Positions 17,254 through 24,611 of a DNA stretch of 39,952 nt are shown here, one piece after another (the first letter of the stretch is position 1; every line of letters starts with the position of its first letter). The DNA is from a virus (taxonomy: Duplodnaviria; Caudoviricetes). The translations under genes and the position numbers were made by a program. The notes under the pieces are model-generated. The model saw only the letters and a program-made list of their open reading frames with translations, was not told where the DNA came from and searched no databases. The stretch covers positions 1 to 39,952 of IMG/VR virus record IMGVR_UViG_3300037047_000031; one strand, 5' to 3'.

Positions 17254-17573
17254 TTCGTCACGTCCTCACGCAATATCAGCAGGTCTTTTTTGGTGCTGAG
17301 CCGCTGCCCGGCAGGCGTGGTCAGCTCAATGTCATAGACGTGACTCCCCACCGGCCAGTCGGCCACCTGGGCGGCTGTTGCCGATACCTTGAACAGCCGC
17401 TCGCTCGCGTCCAACCACTCGAACCCGAGCTCTTGCACCAGCACACCCGATTGCGTGCGCACCTGGCAGCGCCCGGCCCACCCCGTCATATCAGACATCC
17501 CCACGCTGCCCTCGGGGATCTCGATCTGAGAGGCGCGCGACAAGTCGTCTCCGCGCGTGTGGTGTAGCGGCAT
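17250..17573 (-). CDS. BppU-N-like small beta-sandwich virion protein
   Basis: RGDD...DMTGW...QVR...WPVGSHVYDIELT...VT pattern. Confidence 0.65.
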   Translation of the reverse strand: MPLHHTRGDDLSRASQIEIPEGSVGMSDMTGWAGRCQVRTQSGVLVQELGFEWLDASERLFKVSATAAQVADWPVGSHVYDIELTTPAGQRLSTKKDLLILREDVTK

Positions 17574-17574
17574 G

Positions 17575-17976
17575 TCAGCCCTTTTGGACAACCAGGCGAG
17601 GCTCGTCCTGCAGCCGCTCCAGCACGCCTTCGGCCAGCTCGGCCACCACAAGCGTGGTGGGCTCGCGGGTGAAGCGCATACCGCAGCGGTGGAAGCGCTC
17701 CAGGCCCTTCGCGCAGCTCACCGCCACCGTTCCCTTGGCCAGCTCGGGCGCGGCGCCCTGCGGCTCGCCTGGGCCGTCTGGCGTGCCAGCCTGGGCGCCC
17801 GCCGCTGCGGCCACCGCCGACACAGCAGCCAGCGCACCTGCAGGCAAGGCCAACCCGCCGCTGTCGCCCGCCTGGTCTGCACCAGGTGCAGCGCTGCCCG
17901 CGTCGGCCAACGGCGCTTTGGGCGCCGTTGCCTTCGGTGCGGCCTTCGGGGCCGCGGCCTTTTTCGCGGCGGCCAT
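17575..17976 (-). CDS. Mu gp35/HI1506-like protein
   Basis: Follows the capsid gene. C-terminal FHRCGMRFTREP...EPRLVV and a Lys/Ala/Pro-rich N-terminus. Confidence 0.7.
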   Translation of the reverse strand: MAAAKKAAAPKAAPKATAPKAPLADAGSAAPGADQAGDSGGLALPAGALAAVSAVAAAAGAQAGTPDGPGEPQGAAPELAKGTVAVSCAKGLERFHRCGMRFTREPTTLVVAELAEGVLERLQDEPRLVVQKG

Positions 17977-17978
17977 GG

Positions 17979-18881
17979 TCAGGCCACCCAGGGCGTGTCG
18001 ATCACGCGCACCAGGCCCTTGTTCGGGTTGTCCGCGCCGTTCGCCAGTTTGTCGGCGGTCACCAGGTTGCTGGCCTTGCTGCGCAGCGTGGGCGGGACGA
18101 CGATCACCGTCGGCTTCACGCCCAGCATCACCCCGCCATCGCCCGTGTGCATCTGCATCGCGGCATACGCTGCCTCGAAGTTCTCGGCGTTGAGCTCGGC
18201 CGTGCTCTTGAACGCCATCTGCCAGAAGCCGAAGCCCACGTTGCTGCGCGCGTCCACGCCGTAGCGGAACTTTTTGCGCATGAACACGTTTTCGTCGGTG
18301 GCGGTGTCCATGGCCGTGAACTGCGGCGCCTTGCGGTTCTGGAAGATCAGCGGCTTGAGCGGGCGGCTGGTGTCCAGCAGGTACCACGCCGCGCCCACGC
18401 CCGCCTGCACGTTGCTCACCGTGCCCACAGCGCCGGTGCCATCCACTTCAGCGGCCACCGGGTGATCGGTGTCGAAGAAGTTCTGGCCGTCGTAGCACAG
18501 CGTACTGTGGCCCGCCTTGAGCAAGCTGAACACCAACTGATCGGGCTTGCGGCGCGCAGACTGGCCGGCGGTCTCGAACATCGGTCCATACATGCCGAGG
18601 TTGTCGTCTTCGATGTCGTTGCGGTCGACCTCGACGGTGGACTCCCAGTCCTTGTTGGTGATCGAGTAGCCATGCTCTTGCATGCTCTTGAGCAAGCGGT
18701 CGCCGATCCACTCGCGCATGTCGGGCCACTGGCCCAGCCAACCGTAGGTGTTGCTCTTGGTGCTGCTTGGCACCGTGGTGGCGATCTGCTCGTAAATCGA
18801 AGCCTCGCCGGTGAAGCCAGCCTGGAAGTTGGTCTGGAAGCCCGTGCGGAGGGCGTTGAGTACTGCTGCGGTGATGATCAT
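17979..18881 (-). CDS. Major capsid protein, Mu gpT family
   Basis: YGWLG, MREWIGDR, CYDGQNFFDTDH, KPLIFQ and GFGFWQMA motifs. Confidence 0.97.
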   Translation of the reverse strand: MIITAAVLNALRTGFQTNFQAGFTGEASIYEQIATTVPSSTKSNTYGWLGQWPDMREWIGDRLLKSMQEHGYSITNKDWESTVEVDRNDIEDDNLGMYGPMFETAGQSARRKPDQLVFSLLKAGHSTLCYDGQNFFDTDHPVAAEVDGTGAVGTVSNVQAGVGAAWYLLDTSRPLKPLIFQNRKAPQFTAMDTATDENVFMRKKFRYGVDARSNVGFGFWQMAFKSTAELNAENFEAAYAAMQMHTGDGGVMLGVKPTVIVVPPTLRSKASNLVTADKLANGADNPNKGLVRVIDTPWVA

Positions 18882-18915
18882 GGGTTACTCCTGTTGATCG
18901 TGTGTCGGGGCGGGC

Positions 18916-19410
18916 TCAGGCCGAGGCCGGGGCCTTGTTCTTGAGGTAGTCCTCGGGCTTGATGCCCAGCTGCTCGCACACGGCCTTGTCTTCGGCCGAG
19001 AGCACAGCGGTCAGCGCGCCACCGGCAGGCGGTTGCCCGTTGGTCTGCAGGCCCGAGAGCGCGGCCGACAGCGGCTTGGCGTCTTTCAGGAACGCCTTGA
19101 GCGCCACCAGCGGCTGCGCCTTCCAGTAGTCGGCATTGGCCGGCAGGATGCGGGCGTCGGCCAGGGCGGCGGTCATCAGCGTGGTGTGCTCGGTGGCCTC
19201 GCTTTGGGCAGAGAGCGCGGCCAGCTGATCGGCCACCTTCTTGTGCTCGACGAGCGGGATGTGTTGCGCAGGGTCAAACTGCTTGGCTCGCAGCTCAACG
19301 ATCAGCGCGTCTTTCGCGGTGACCTGGCTTTGCAGCGCGGTCAGCGCGGTGAGGCCCGCCTCTTCGGAGGCGACAGCAGAGAGGCCAAGCGCGGCCAGCA
19401 AAAGTTTCAT
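18916..19410 (-). CDS. Scaffold Z, in-frame internal start within I
   Basis: CAGGAG RBS before the in-frame ATG (MKLLLAALG), as in Mu I/Z. Confidence 0.65.
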   Translation of the reverse strand: MKLLLAALGLSAVASEEAGLTALTALQSQVTAKDALIVELRAKQFDPAQHIPLVEHKKVADQLAALSAQSEATEHTTLMTAALADARILPANADYWKAQPLVALKAFLKDAKPLSAALSGLQTNGQPPAGGALTAVLSAEDKAVCEQLGIKPEDYLKNKAPASA

Positions 19411-20058
19411 AGGAGGCTCCTGAGGGTTGCCCGTCTCGGGCGGGGTTGAAAACTGGGCGGCCATGGCACTGAGCTGCGCCTGCAGCTCGGGCAGCGCGTC
19501 GGTGTTGAGGCCTGGGGTGTTGGTGATGGCAACGTGCAGCAGCGCCAGCACGTCGCCGGTGTCCGGGTCGAACGGGAACACCGGGGAGATGTAGCGGTAT
19601 TCCTCTTTGACCACCATGGCAGCGGCGCTGGCCGTCCATTCAACGTCGGCATACAGGCCGGGGCCATCGGGCGCACCGTCTGTGAGATAGGTCAGGCCCA
19701 CGATCCAGGCCGCAGCCGGGTTGGGCAGGCCATCGACCACGGCACGCAGGGTGCGGTGCTCGTAGTCGATCAGCATCTTCTGCTTGAGCGCTTTGAACGC
19801 TCGCACTAGGCGTGCGCCCAGCTCAGCGGTCAAACGCCAGACCTTGGTGTTTGACCCCTTCATGTTGCCGGGCCGGCCATCCACCGATGCGAACTCACCC
19901 TCGGGCAGCAGCTTGATGCGCTTGGGAGCAGCAGCGCCACCCAGGGCGGCCAACTCGACAGTCATACAGCCGCCGACCAGGGCAGCGCTCAGGGCGTGGT
20001 GGTTTACATGGCCGGCTCCAGCGGTGAGTACAGCGACGAGGGGGTGTGCTTTCGACAT
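18916..20058 (-). CDS. Prohead protease I (Mu gp32) with C-terminal scaffold
   Basis: DGRP, IDYEH, AAAWI, EYRYISPVF and TNTP motifs. Confidence 0.95.
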   Translation of the reverse strand: MSKAHPLVAVLTAGAGHVNHHALSAALVGGCMTVELAALGGAAAPKRIKLLPEGEFASVDGRPGNMKGSNTKVWRLTAELGARLVRAFKALKQKMLIDYEHRTLRAVVDGLPNPAAAWIVGLTYLTDGAPDGPGLYADVEWTASAAAMVVKEEYRYISPVFPFDPDTGDVLALLHVAITNTPGLNTDALPELQAQLSAMAAQFSTPPETGNPQEPPMKLLLAALGLSAVASEEAGLTALTALQSQVTAKDALIVELRAKQFDPAQHIPLVEHKKVADQLAALSAQSEATEHTTLMTAALADARILPANADYWKAQPLVALKAFLKDAKPLSAALSGLQTNGQPPAGGALTAVLSAEDKAVCEQLGIKPEDYLKNKAPASA

Positions 20059-20065
20059 GCCCGCC

Positions 20066-20110
20066 AGTCTGCTCAGACCGACCGGCGCGGGACATTAAAA
20101 CGGTTTATTG
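20066..20110 (-). promoter_or_regulatory. Late promoter for the I-T operon, probably leaderless
   Basis: CAATAAACCGTTTTAAT-N22-CAGACT-N7-ATG. Confidence 0.72.
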
Positions 20111-20128
20111 ATTGATGACCACCGGCCC

Positions 20129-20160
20129 CGACCATTTTCCCGAAGCCGGGAAAATGGTCG
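20129..20160. other. Perfect 13-bp inverted repeat between the divergent late promoters
   Basis: cgaccattttccc-gaagcc-gggaaaatggtcg. Confidence 0.7.
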
Positions 20161-20298
20161 CACCCCCAGAACCCCAAGGTCGCCCCAGCCCTCAAACCCC
20201 GCACAGACGCGCCAGAACCCGGGCCAGAGCGGGCCAAGGGGGCAGAGCCATACGAAGGGGGCGAGAGAGTCGCTCAGCGCGACGTGGGCGGGGGCAAC

Positions 20299-20343
20299 CA
20301 ATAAAGTGTTTTTGTGGTGCCGTTGCACCCTCGGCGGCACGAT
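20299..20343 (+). promoter_or_regulatory. Late promoter (degenerate box) for the central gpG copy
   Basis: CAATAAAGTGTTTTTGT-N22-CACGAT. Confidence 0.55.
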
Positions 20344-20370
20344 GGGCCACACCACACACCGGAGCCGCCC

Positions 20371-20844
20371 ATGATCGAAATCAAGATCGACGCCACCCAG
20401 CTCAACATCGCTACTGAGCAACTGCGCCAGCGCATCGAAGACCCGGAACCACTGATGGAGGCCATCGGCTCCCTGCTTGAGAGCACCGCACAAGAAGCCT
20501 TTCGAAGCGAAGGCCCCGGCTGGGCCGATCTGGCGGAGAGCACCAAGGCGCAGCGCGCTAAAACCGGCCATTGGCCAGGTCAAAAACTCGTGCGCAAGGG
20601 CGGCAACAACGGCTTGCTCGGCAGCCTGTTCAGCGACCACGGGTCGGACTGGGCACACGTCGGAGCGGGCAGCGGCCCGTCAGCCGCCTACGCCCTCATC
20701 CACCAGAAGGGCGGTCAGGCAGGACGGGGACTGAAGACCACCATCCCGGCCCGCCCCTACCTTCCCATCACCGCAGACGATGAACTCACGCCCGAGGCAT
20801 CAGACAGCGCCCTTGCCATCGTCATGGAGTACCTGAAATCATGA
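20371..20844 (+). CDS. Virion morphogenesis protein, Mu gpG family (central copy)
   Basis: GPGW-x-DL, YALIHQKGG and IPARPYL motifs, GGAG RBS. Paralogous to 39185..39664. Confidence 0.9.
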   Translation: MIEIKIDATQLNIATEQLRQRIEDPEPLMEAIGSLLESTAQEAFRSEGPGWADLAESTKAQRAKTGHWPGQKLVRKGGNNGLLGSLFSDHGSDWAHVGAGSGPSAAYALIHQKGGQAGRGLKTTIPARPYLPITADDELTPEASDSALAIVMEYLKS

Positions 20845-20940
20845 ACACCGGACTCGAAGCCTACGGCACGAAATTCAAGCAGCGCCTGGCATCGCTGGTC
20901 GAAGCCACAGATCGCGCACGCCATCTATCGTTGGGCATGA

Positions 20941-21114
20941 CTATCCCCGCCGACTGGTCGCCCAGTCCATCAACTCGTGCCCGACCTCCTGCAGACCCTC
21001 AAGATAGCTGTCCGATATGTCGCGCGAAACCGCCAGGTCCCAAGTCACCTGCAGGTGCTGCGTCACAGCCGCCCGCTGAGCAGGGCTCAGAGCCGGAAGC
21101 AAGCCCTTAAGCAC
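20941..21114 (-). CDS. Hypothetical protein, possibly third gene of the repressor operon
   Basis: GTG start after GAGGGG. It competes with the overlapping + strand ORF 20841..21110. Confidence 0.35.
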   Translation of the reverse strand: MLKGLLPALSPAQRAAVTQHLQVTWDLAVSRDISDSYLEGLQEVGHELMDWATSRRG

Positions 21115-21141
21115 ACACTTTTCCCCCTCATGCCACACCTC

Positions 21142-21384
21142 CTATGTGTTTGACCGAGCCGACATACCCAAGCATCTGCAGTCGCGCAGCTGCAGCGCGA
21201 AATGGGCGCGAGCGGTTTGCATCAGTTGCGGGTCATCCACCGCCCACATTTTGCCGTGCAGTGCAGCGCATTCTGGCGGGGTTCTCGGGTCCATCACCGC
21301 ATACCACCGGTGCCAAGGAAACAGGCTCTTGGCGCCGATCTGGCGAGAGACACGCGCTTCGAAATTTTTAAACATGTCAGTCAT
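21142..21384 (-). CDS. Stand-alone mini MuF (phage minor head) domain protein
   Basis: RQIGAKSLFPWHRWYAVMDPRTPPECAALHGKMW...DCRC aligns to gpF RQLATAKLFPYWRYVAVMDGRTRPTHKALNGQVF...RCRC. Confidence 0.75.
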   Translation of the reverse strand: MTDMFKNFEARVSRQIGAKSLFPWHRWYAVMDPRTPPECAALHGKMWAVDDPQLMQTARAHFALQLRDCRCLGMSARSNT

Positions 21385-21385
21385 A

Positions 21386-22213
21386 TCAAATCTTCCGCCC
21401 ATGCCACACGACCCGGCCCACCAACACCAGCCGATCAAGCTCTGATCCGCTGACCGCCTCGCTGCTGTATTTCGGGTTATCGCTCATTACCTCCACCGTG
21501 CCCGAGAGCTTGATGCGCAGGCGCTTGACCAGGAGCGCGCCGGCCAGGTTGATCACATAGATTCCATCGCTTCGCGACTGGCCATTCCTGGTATCAAGTA
21601 GCAACAAATCCCCATTCTCGATAGTCGGGCTCATCGAGTCGCCGCGCGCGTCGATCAGTGCGAGGCTCGTCGGATCGAGGCCGAGAGCGCGCTGCACCCA
21701 GTCGCGACGAAAGGCGAGGTGATCCACCACAGCTTCGTCGTGAATATGGGCGCCATTTCCAGCCGACGCAGCCAAGTCGAAGCGCGGGACGTAGACATAC
21801 CCGGCATCCGAACCTTTTGTCAGTGTTTCCAACTGCTGGGCAACGCTCCTCCCATCACCTCGCCTCACGTTCATCAGCAGTTCTGCAACCACCCTGGCGT
21901 GGGCATCGCTTAAGCCGAGCTTCACCGTCTCCTCGGTTGCCAAACGCATGTCGTTGAGGGCTGGCATTACCGCCGCCTCACCCTCTGTCAGCAGCATGGG
22001 CGCCTCGTCATTCGTCCACCAAACCACGCGGATTCCATATCTGTGCTGGAACCCCAGCGCCTCGTCCGTCGTGAGCTTCTTCACCCGACCCGTGACCATG
22101 TTTTTGAGACGCGACGGGCTGATCCCGACAGCTAAAGCGGCTTCTTCTTGCGTCTTTATCCCGGTGGTTTTCTTGATGTGCGCGAGCGCTTGGGAAATTT
22201 TCTCGGAAAGCAT
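21386..22213 (-). CDS. Prophage repressor, HTH plus S24 autopeptidase (CI/LexA type)
   Basis: N-terminal HTH, SAG cleavage site, GDSM (Ser) and VKRL (Lys) catalytic motifs, GRVVW. Confidence 0.93.
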   Translation of the reverse strand: MLSEKISQALAHIKKTTGIKTQEEAALAVGISPSRLKNMVTGRVKKLTTDEALGFQHRYGIRVVWWTNDEAPMLLTEGEAAVMPALNDMRLATEETVKLGLSDAHARVVAELLMNVRRGDGRSVAQQLETLTKGSDAGYVYVPRFDLAASAGNGAHIHDEAVVDHLAFRRDWVQRALGLDPTSLALIDARGDSMSPTIENGDLLLLDTRNGQSRSDGIYVINLAGALLVKRLRIKLSGTVEVMSDNPKYSSEAVSGSELDRLVLVGRVVWHGRKI

Positions 22214-22293
22214 GAATCACCCCTTGACATGAGATTACTTTTGCGATTACATTTGCACCACTTTAAACACACCTTCACATGGAGGCCGCAAAA
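22214..22293. promoter_or_regulatory. Divergent immunity control region with early promoter and putative operators
   Basis: TTGACA (22224-22229) with TACATT 18 bp downstream. Tandem 12-mers GATTACTTTTGC and GATTACATTTGC overlap the promoter. AT-rich. Confidence 0.7.
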
Positions 22294-22533
22294 ATGACAC
22301 CTATCGAGATTAAAGCAGCTATCTGCAAGGCCGGCACCAACCAGTCGGCAATTGCTACCCACCTTGGGGTATCGATTGGATCGGTCTGGCGCGTGGTTCA
22401 CGGGAAGATGCGCAGCGCCAAGATTGAAGCCGAGCTGGAGAAGATCACCGGCAAGCCGATCCACAAGACGCGCAGTCGCACCGGTCGCCCCAAGGCCACC
22501 TGGAACGGCGCCGTGTCGGGAGCGGCGGCATGA
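22294..22533 (+). CDS. Ner/Cro-like HTH regulator
   Basis: IKAAI...QSAIATHLGVS...V HTH. First gene divergent from the repressor, GGAGG RBS. Confidence 0.8.
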   Translation: MTPIEIKAAICKAGTNQSAIATHLGVSIGSVWRVVHGKMRSAKIEAELEKITGKPIHKTRSRTGRPKATWNGAVSGAAA

Positions 22534-23000
22534 CGAAAGAAACGACGTCGCTCGCCCAGCGGGTTCGCCAAACGCTTCTCGAAACTGGACTGACGCAGCA
22601 AGAGTTCGCAGCATCGCTTGGCATCTCAACCGAGCGAATCAAGAACCTCGTTCAAGGGCGCGTGGCGCGGCTCCACCAGTCGGAGCTGGAGGCCATCTCA
22701 CAAAAGTTCGGTGTGTCGCCGCTCTGGCTTCGGGAAGGTAGCGCAGCCACGGAGGCAAGCGCAGCGGAGAGCGCCAAGCGCTCTGTTGATTTCGCTACAG
22801 CACGATCCAAGACGCTGGTTGAAGCGGTAGTTGGCAGAGGCAGCGACGGGCAAATCCTGATCACTCTGCAATCCAGCCCCTTCAATGGCCGCGAGATACA
22901 GCCACACGACCTGGAGCGTCTCGCCCGCAACCTCTTGGCAATTGCCAACATGGCAAAGCAGCACGAAGGCCGGCAGTCCAGCACGCTGGTGGTGTCATGA
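22530..23000 (+). CDS. XRE-family HTH protein, paralogous to the repressor N-domain
   Basis: TQQEFAASLGISTERIKNLVQGRV...GVSPLWL. Confidence 0.8.
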   Translation: MTKETTSLAQRVRQTLLETGLTQQEFAASLGISTERIKNLVQGRVARLHQSELEAISQKFGVSPLWLREGSAATEASAAESAKRSVDFATARSKTLVEAVVGRGSDGQILITLQSSPFNGREIQPHDLERLARNLLAIANMAKQHEGRQSSTLVVS

Positions 23001-23227
23001 GCGCCCCAATCAAGGTCACCTACACCCGCACCTGGGACCACAAGCCGCTGGCCGTCCTGGACGGCGGCCCTTTCCACGACGTCGAACGGACGCCGGATCA
23101 ACTGCGAGAAATGGCGGCCATGCTGCTGAATGTGGCCGATGCCGCCGACGCTCGCCCGGTCACTGGGCGTCACTGGTATCCGGGCCGAGTACTGCTGACG
23201 GCAGCCGGGGATGAGGTGTCCGAATGA
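22997..23227 (+). CDS. Hypothetical early protein
   Basis: ATGA-coupled on both sides. Confidence 0.7.
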   Translation: MSAPIKVTYTRTWDHKPLAVLDGGPFHDVERTPDQLREMAAMLLNVADAADARPVTGRHWYPGRVLLTAAGDEVSE

Positions 23228-23523
23228 GCGACTACACCAACGACGCCCAGCAGCGAATCCTCAAGGTGGTGCTGGCCCTGTTCAGCGACGTGGTGCAAGG
23301 CGTGTCGCCCAGCGCCCTGGCCCGCGCGGTGGACGCAGCGCCGCCCGCCATCACCCGCGACCTGGACAACCTGCGCACCGCTGGCATCGCCGAGAAAGAC
23401 GAGACCACCGGCCTCTGGCGTCTCACCCCACGCCTGCCGCAGCAGGCCGTGAAGGTGTTCACCGCCATCGACAGCGCCCAGCGCCGGGTTGACGAAGCCC
23501 GCCAACGATTTACCCGCACCTGA
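23224..23523 (+). CDS. IclR-like winged-HTH DNA-binding protein
   Basis: RILKVVLAL...ITRDLDNL...G-x-WRL. Typical position upstream of DUF3102/transposase. Confidence 0.8.
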   Translation: MSDYTNDAQQRILKVVLALFSDVVQGVSPSALARAVDAAPPAITRDLDNLRTAGIAEKDETTGLWRLTPRLPQQAVKVFTAIDSAQRRVDEARQRFTRT

Positions 23524-23563
23524 CAACACCGCTTTTCCAAATGCGGCGTCAACACCGCATTTG
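23524..23563. repeat. 1.5 copies of a 26-bp palindromic unit CAAATGCGGCGTCAACACCGCWTTTS
   Basis: Half unit at 23524-23537 and full unit at 23538-23563 (12-bp arms, one mismatch). Confidence 0.9.
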
Positions 23564-23598
23564 ACTCAACCACCCAACCACAACCCAGAGGAACCTCA

Positions 23599-24603
23599 AT
23601 GGCCCGCCCCCAGATGACCGACGAGCAAATCGCAGAGAAATTCTTGAAGCCAAAAGGAAGAAGGCCACTTGAGGGTGGCGAAGTGATCGATCTGACCGAC
23701 AAGCAGATCGACACCGACAAGATGGCCGACGCCATGGGCGCCCTGCGCACCCAGGAGCTGGCAGTGATCGAAGCCGACGCCCAGATGGTCACCCGCGTCC
23801 GCGCAGTGGCCGAGCTGGTCGGCTACCAGCTCCCCGGCGAAGCGGTTGACGCCGACCTGATCCAGCGCGACATCAGCGCCAACATGCGCCGCAGCGTTGA
23901 AGCCTGCCTCGAAGTTGGCCGGGGCCTGGTGGTGCTGCGCGAAGCCTGCCCCCACGGCCAGTTCACCGCCCGCCTGGACGTGCTCGGCATCGAAGCCCGG
24001 GTGGCTCAGCGGTTCATGTCCAGCGCCCGGCGTTTTTCAAATGCGGCGTCAACACCGCTTTTGCAAGCCATCGGCAACCAGACCAAGCTGTTCGAGATGC
24101 TGGTCTTGGACGACGAGCAGATCGAAGAGCTGGAGCTGACCGGCCAGACCGGCGAGCTGAGCCTGGACGACGTGGCGACCATGTCGGTCAAGGAACTGCG
24201 CAGCGCCCTGCGCGAGCTGCGCGCCGAACACGACAGCGCCGAGCAGGTGCGCGGCGATCTGCGCAAGAAGATCGACAAGCTGGAGCGCGACTCCAAGCGC
24301 ATCAAGACCGAGGCGCCAGACGACGCCCTGATCGCCCTGTCCAAGGAAGCCCAGGGCCACGCCGCCGACGCGCTGGGCGCGATTCGCGGCGCCGTCAGGG
24401 ACAGCCTGCGCGCCCTGGCGCAGCACTACATCACGCACGGTGGCGAGCCCATCGTCATCACGATGGCCGGCATGGTCGGGCAGCTGCAGGCGGAGCTCAA
24501 CGCCATCCGCGCCGATCTGAACATCCCCGACATCAGCAACGCCGCCGATGCCCAGCTCGCATCCGAAGTCGCCCAGTGGGGCGAATTCCCCGGCAACAAC
24601 TGA
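23599..24603 (+). CDS. DUF3102-like protein
   Basis: LEVGRGLVVLREACPHGQF...AQRFM...KLFEML...MSVKELR. Lies immediately upstream of the transposase. Confidence 0.8.
   Translation: MARPQMTDEQIAEKFLKPKGRRPLEGGEVIDLTDKQIDTDKMADAMGALRTQELAVIEADAQMVTRVRAVAELVGYQLPGEAVDADLIQRDISANMRRSVEACLEVGRGLVVLREACPHGQFTARLDVLGIEARVAQRFMSSARRFSNAASTPLLQAIGNQTKLFEMLVLDDEQIEELELTGQTGELSLDDVATMSVKELRSALRELRAEHDSAEQVRGDLRKKIDKLERDSKRIKTEAPDDALIALSKEAQGHAADALGAIRGAVRDSLRALAQHYITHGGEPIVITMAGMVGQLQAELNAIRADLNIPDISNAADAQLASEVAQWGEFPGNN
24038..24063. repeat. Intragenic copy of the 26-bp palindromic unit
   Basis: 25/26 identical to 23538-23563 and encodes SNAASTPLL. Confidence 0.9.
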
Positions 24604-24611
24604 GCCCCGCC

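Noticed and set aside
20841-21110. + strand 89-aa ORF coupled to the central gpG
   Set aside because: Only the first ~30 codons look protein-like. The rest is Pro-rich and overlaps a competing - strand ORF, so I cannot support it as a gene.
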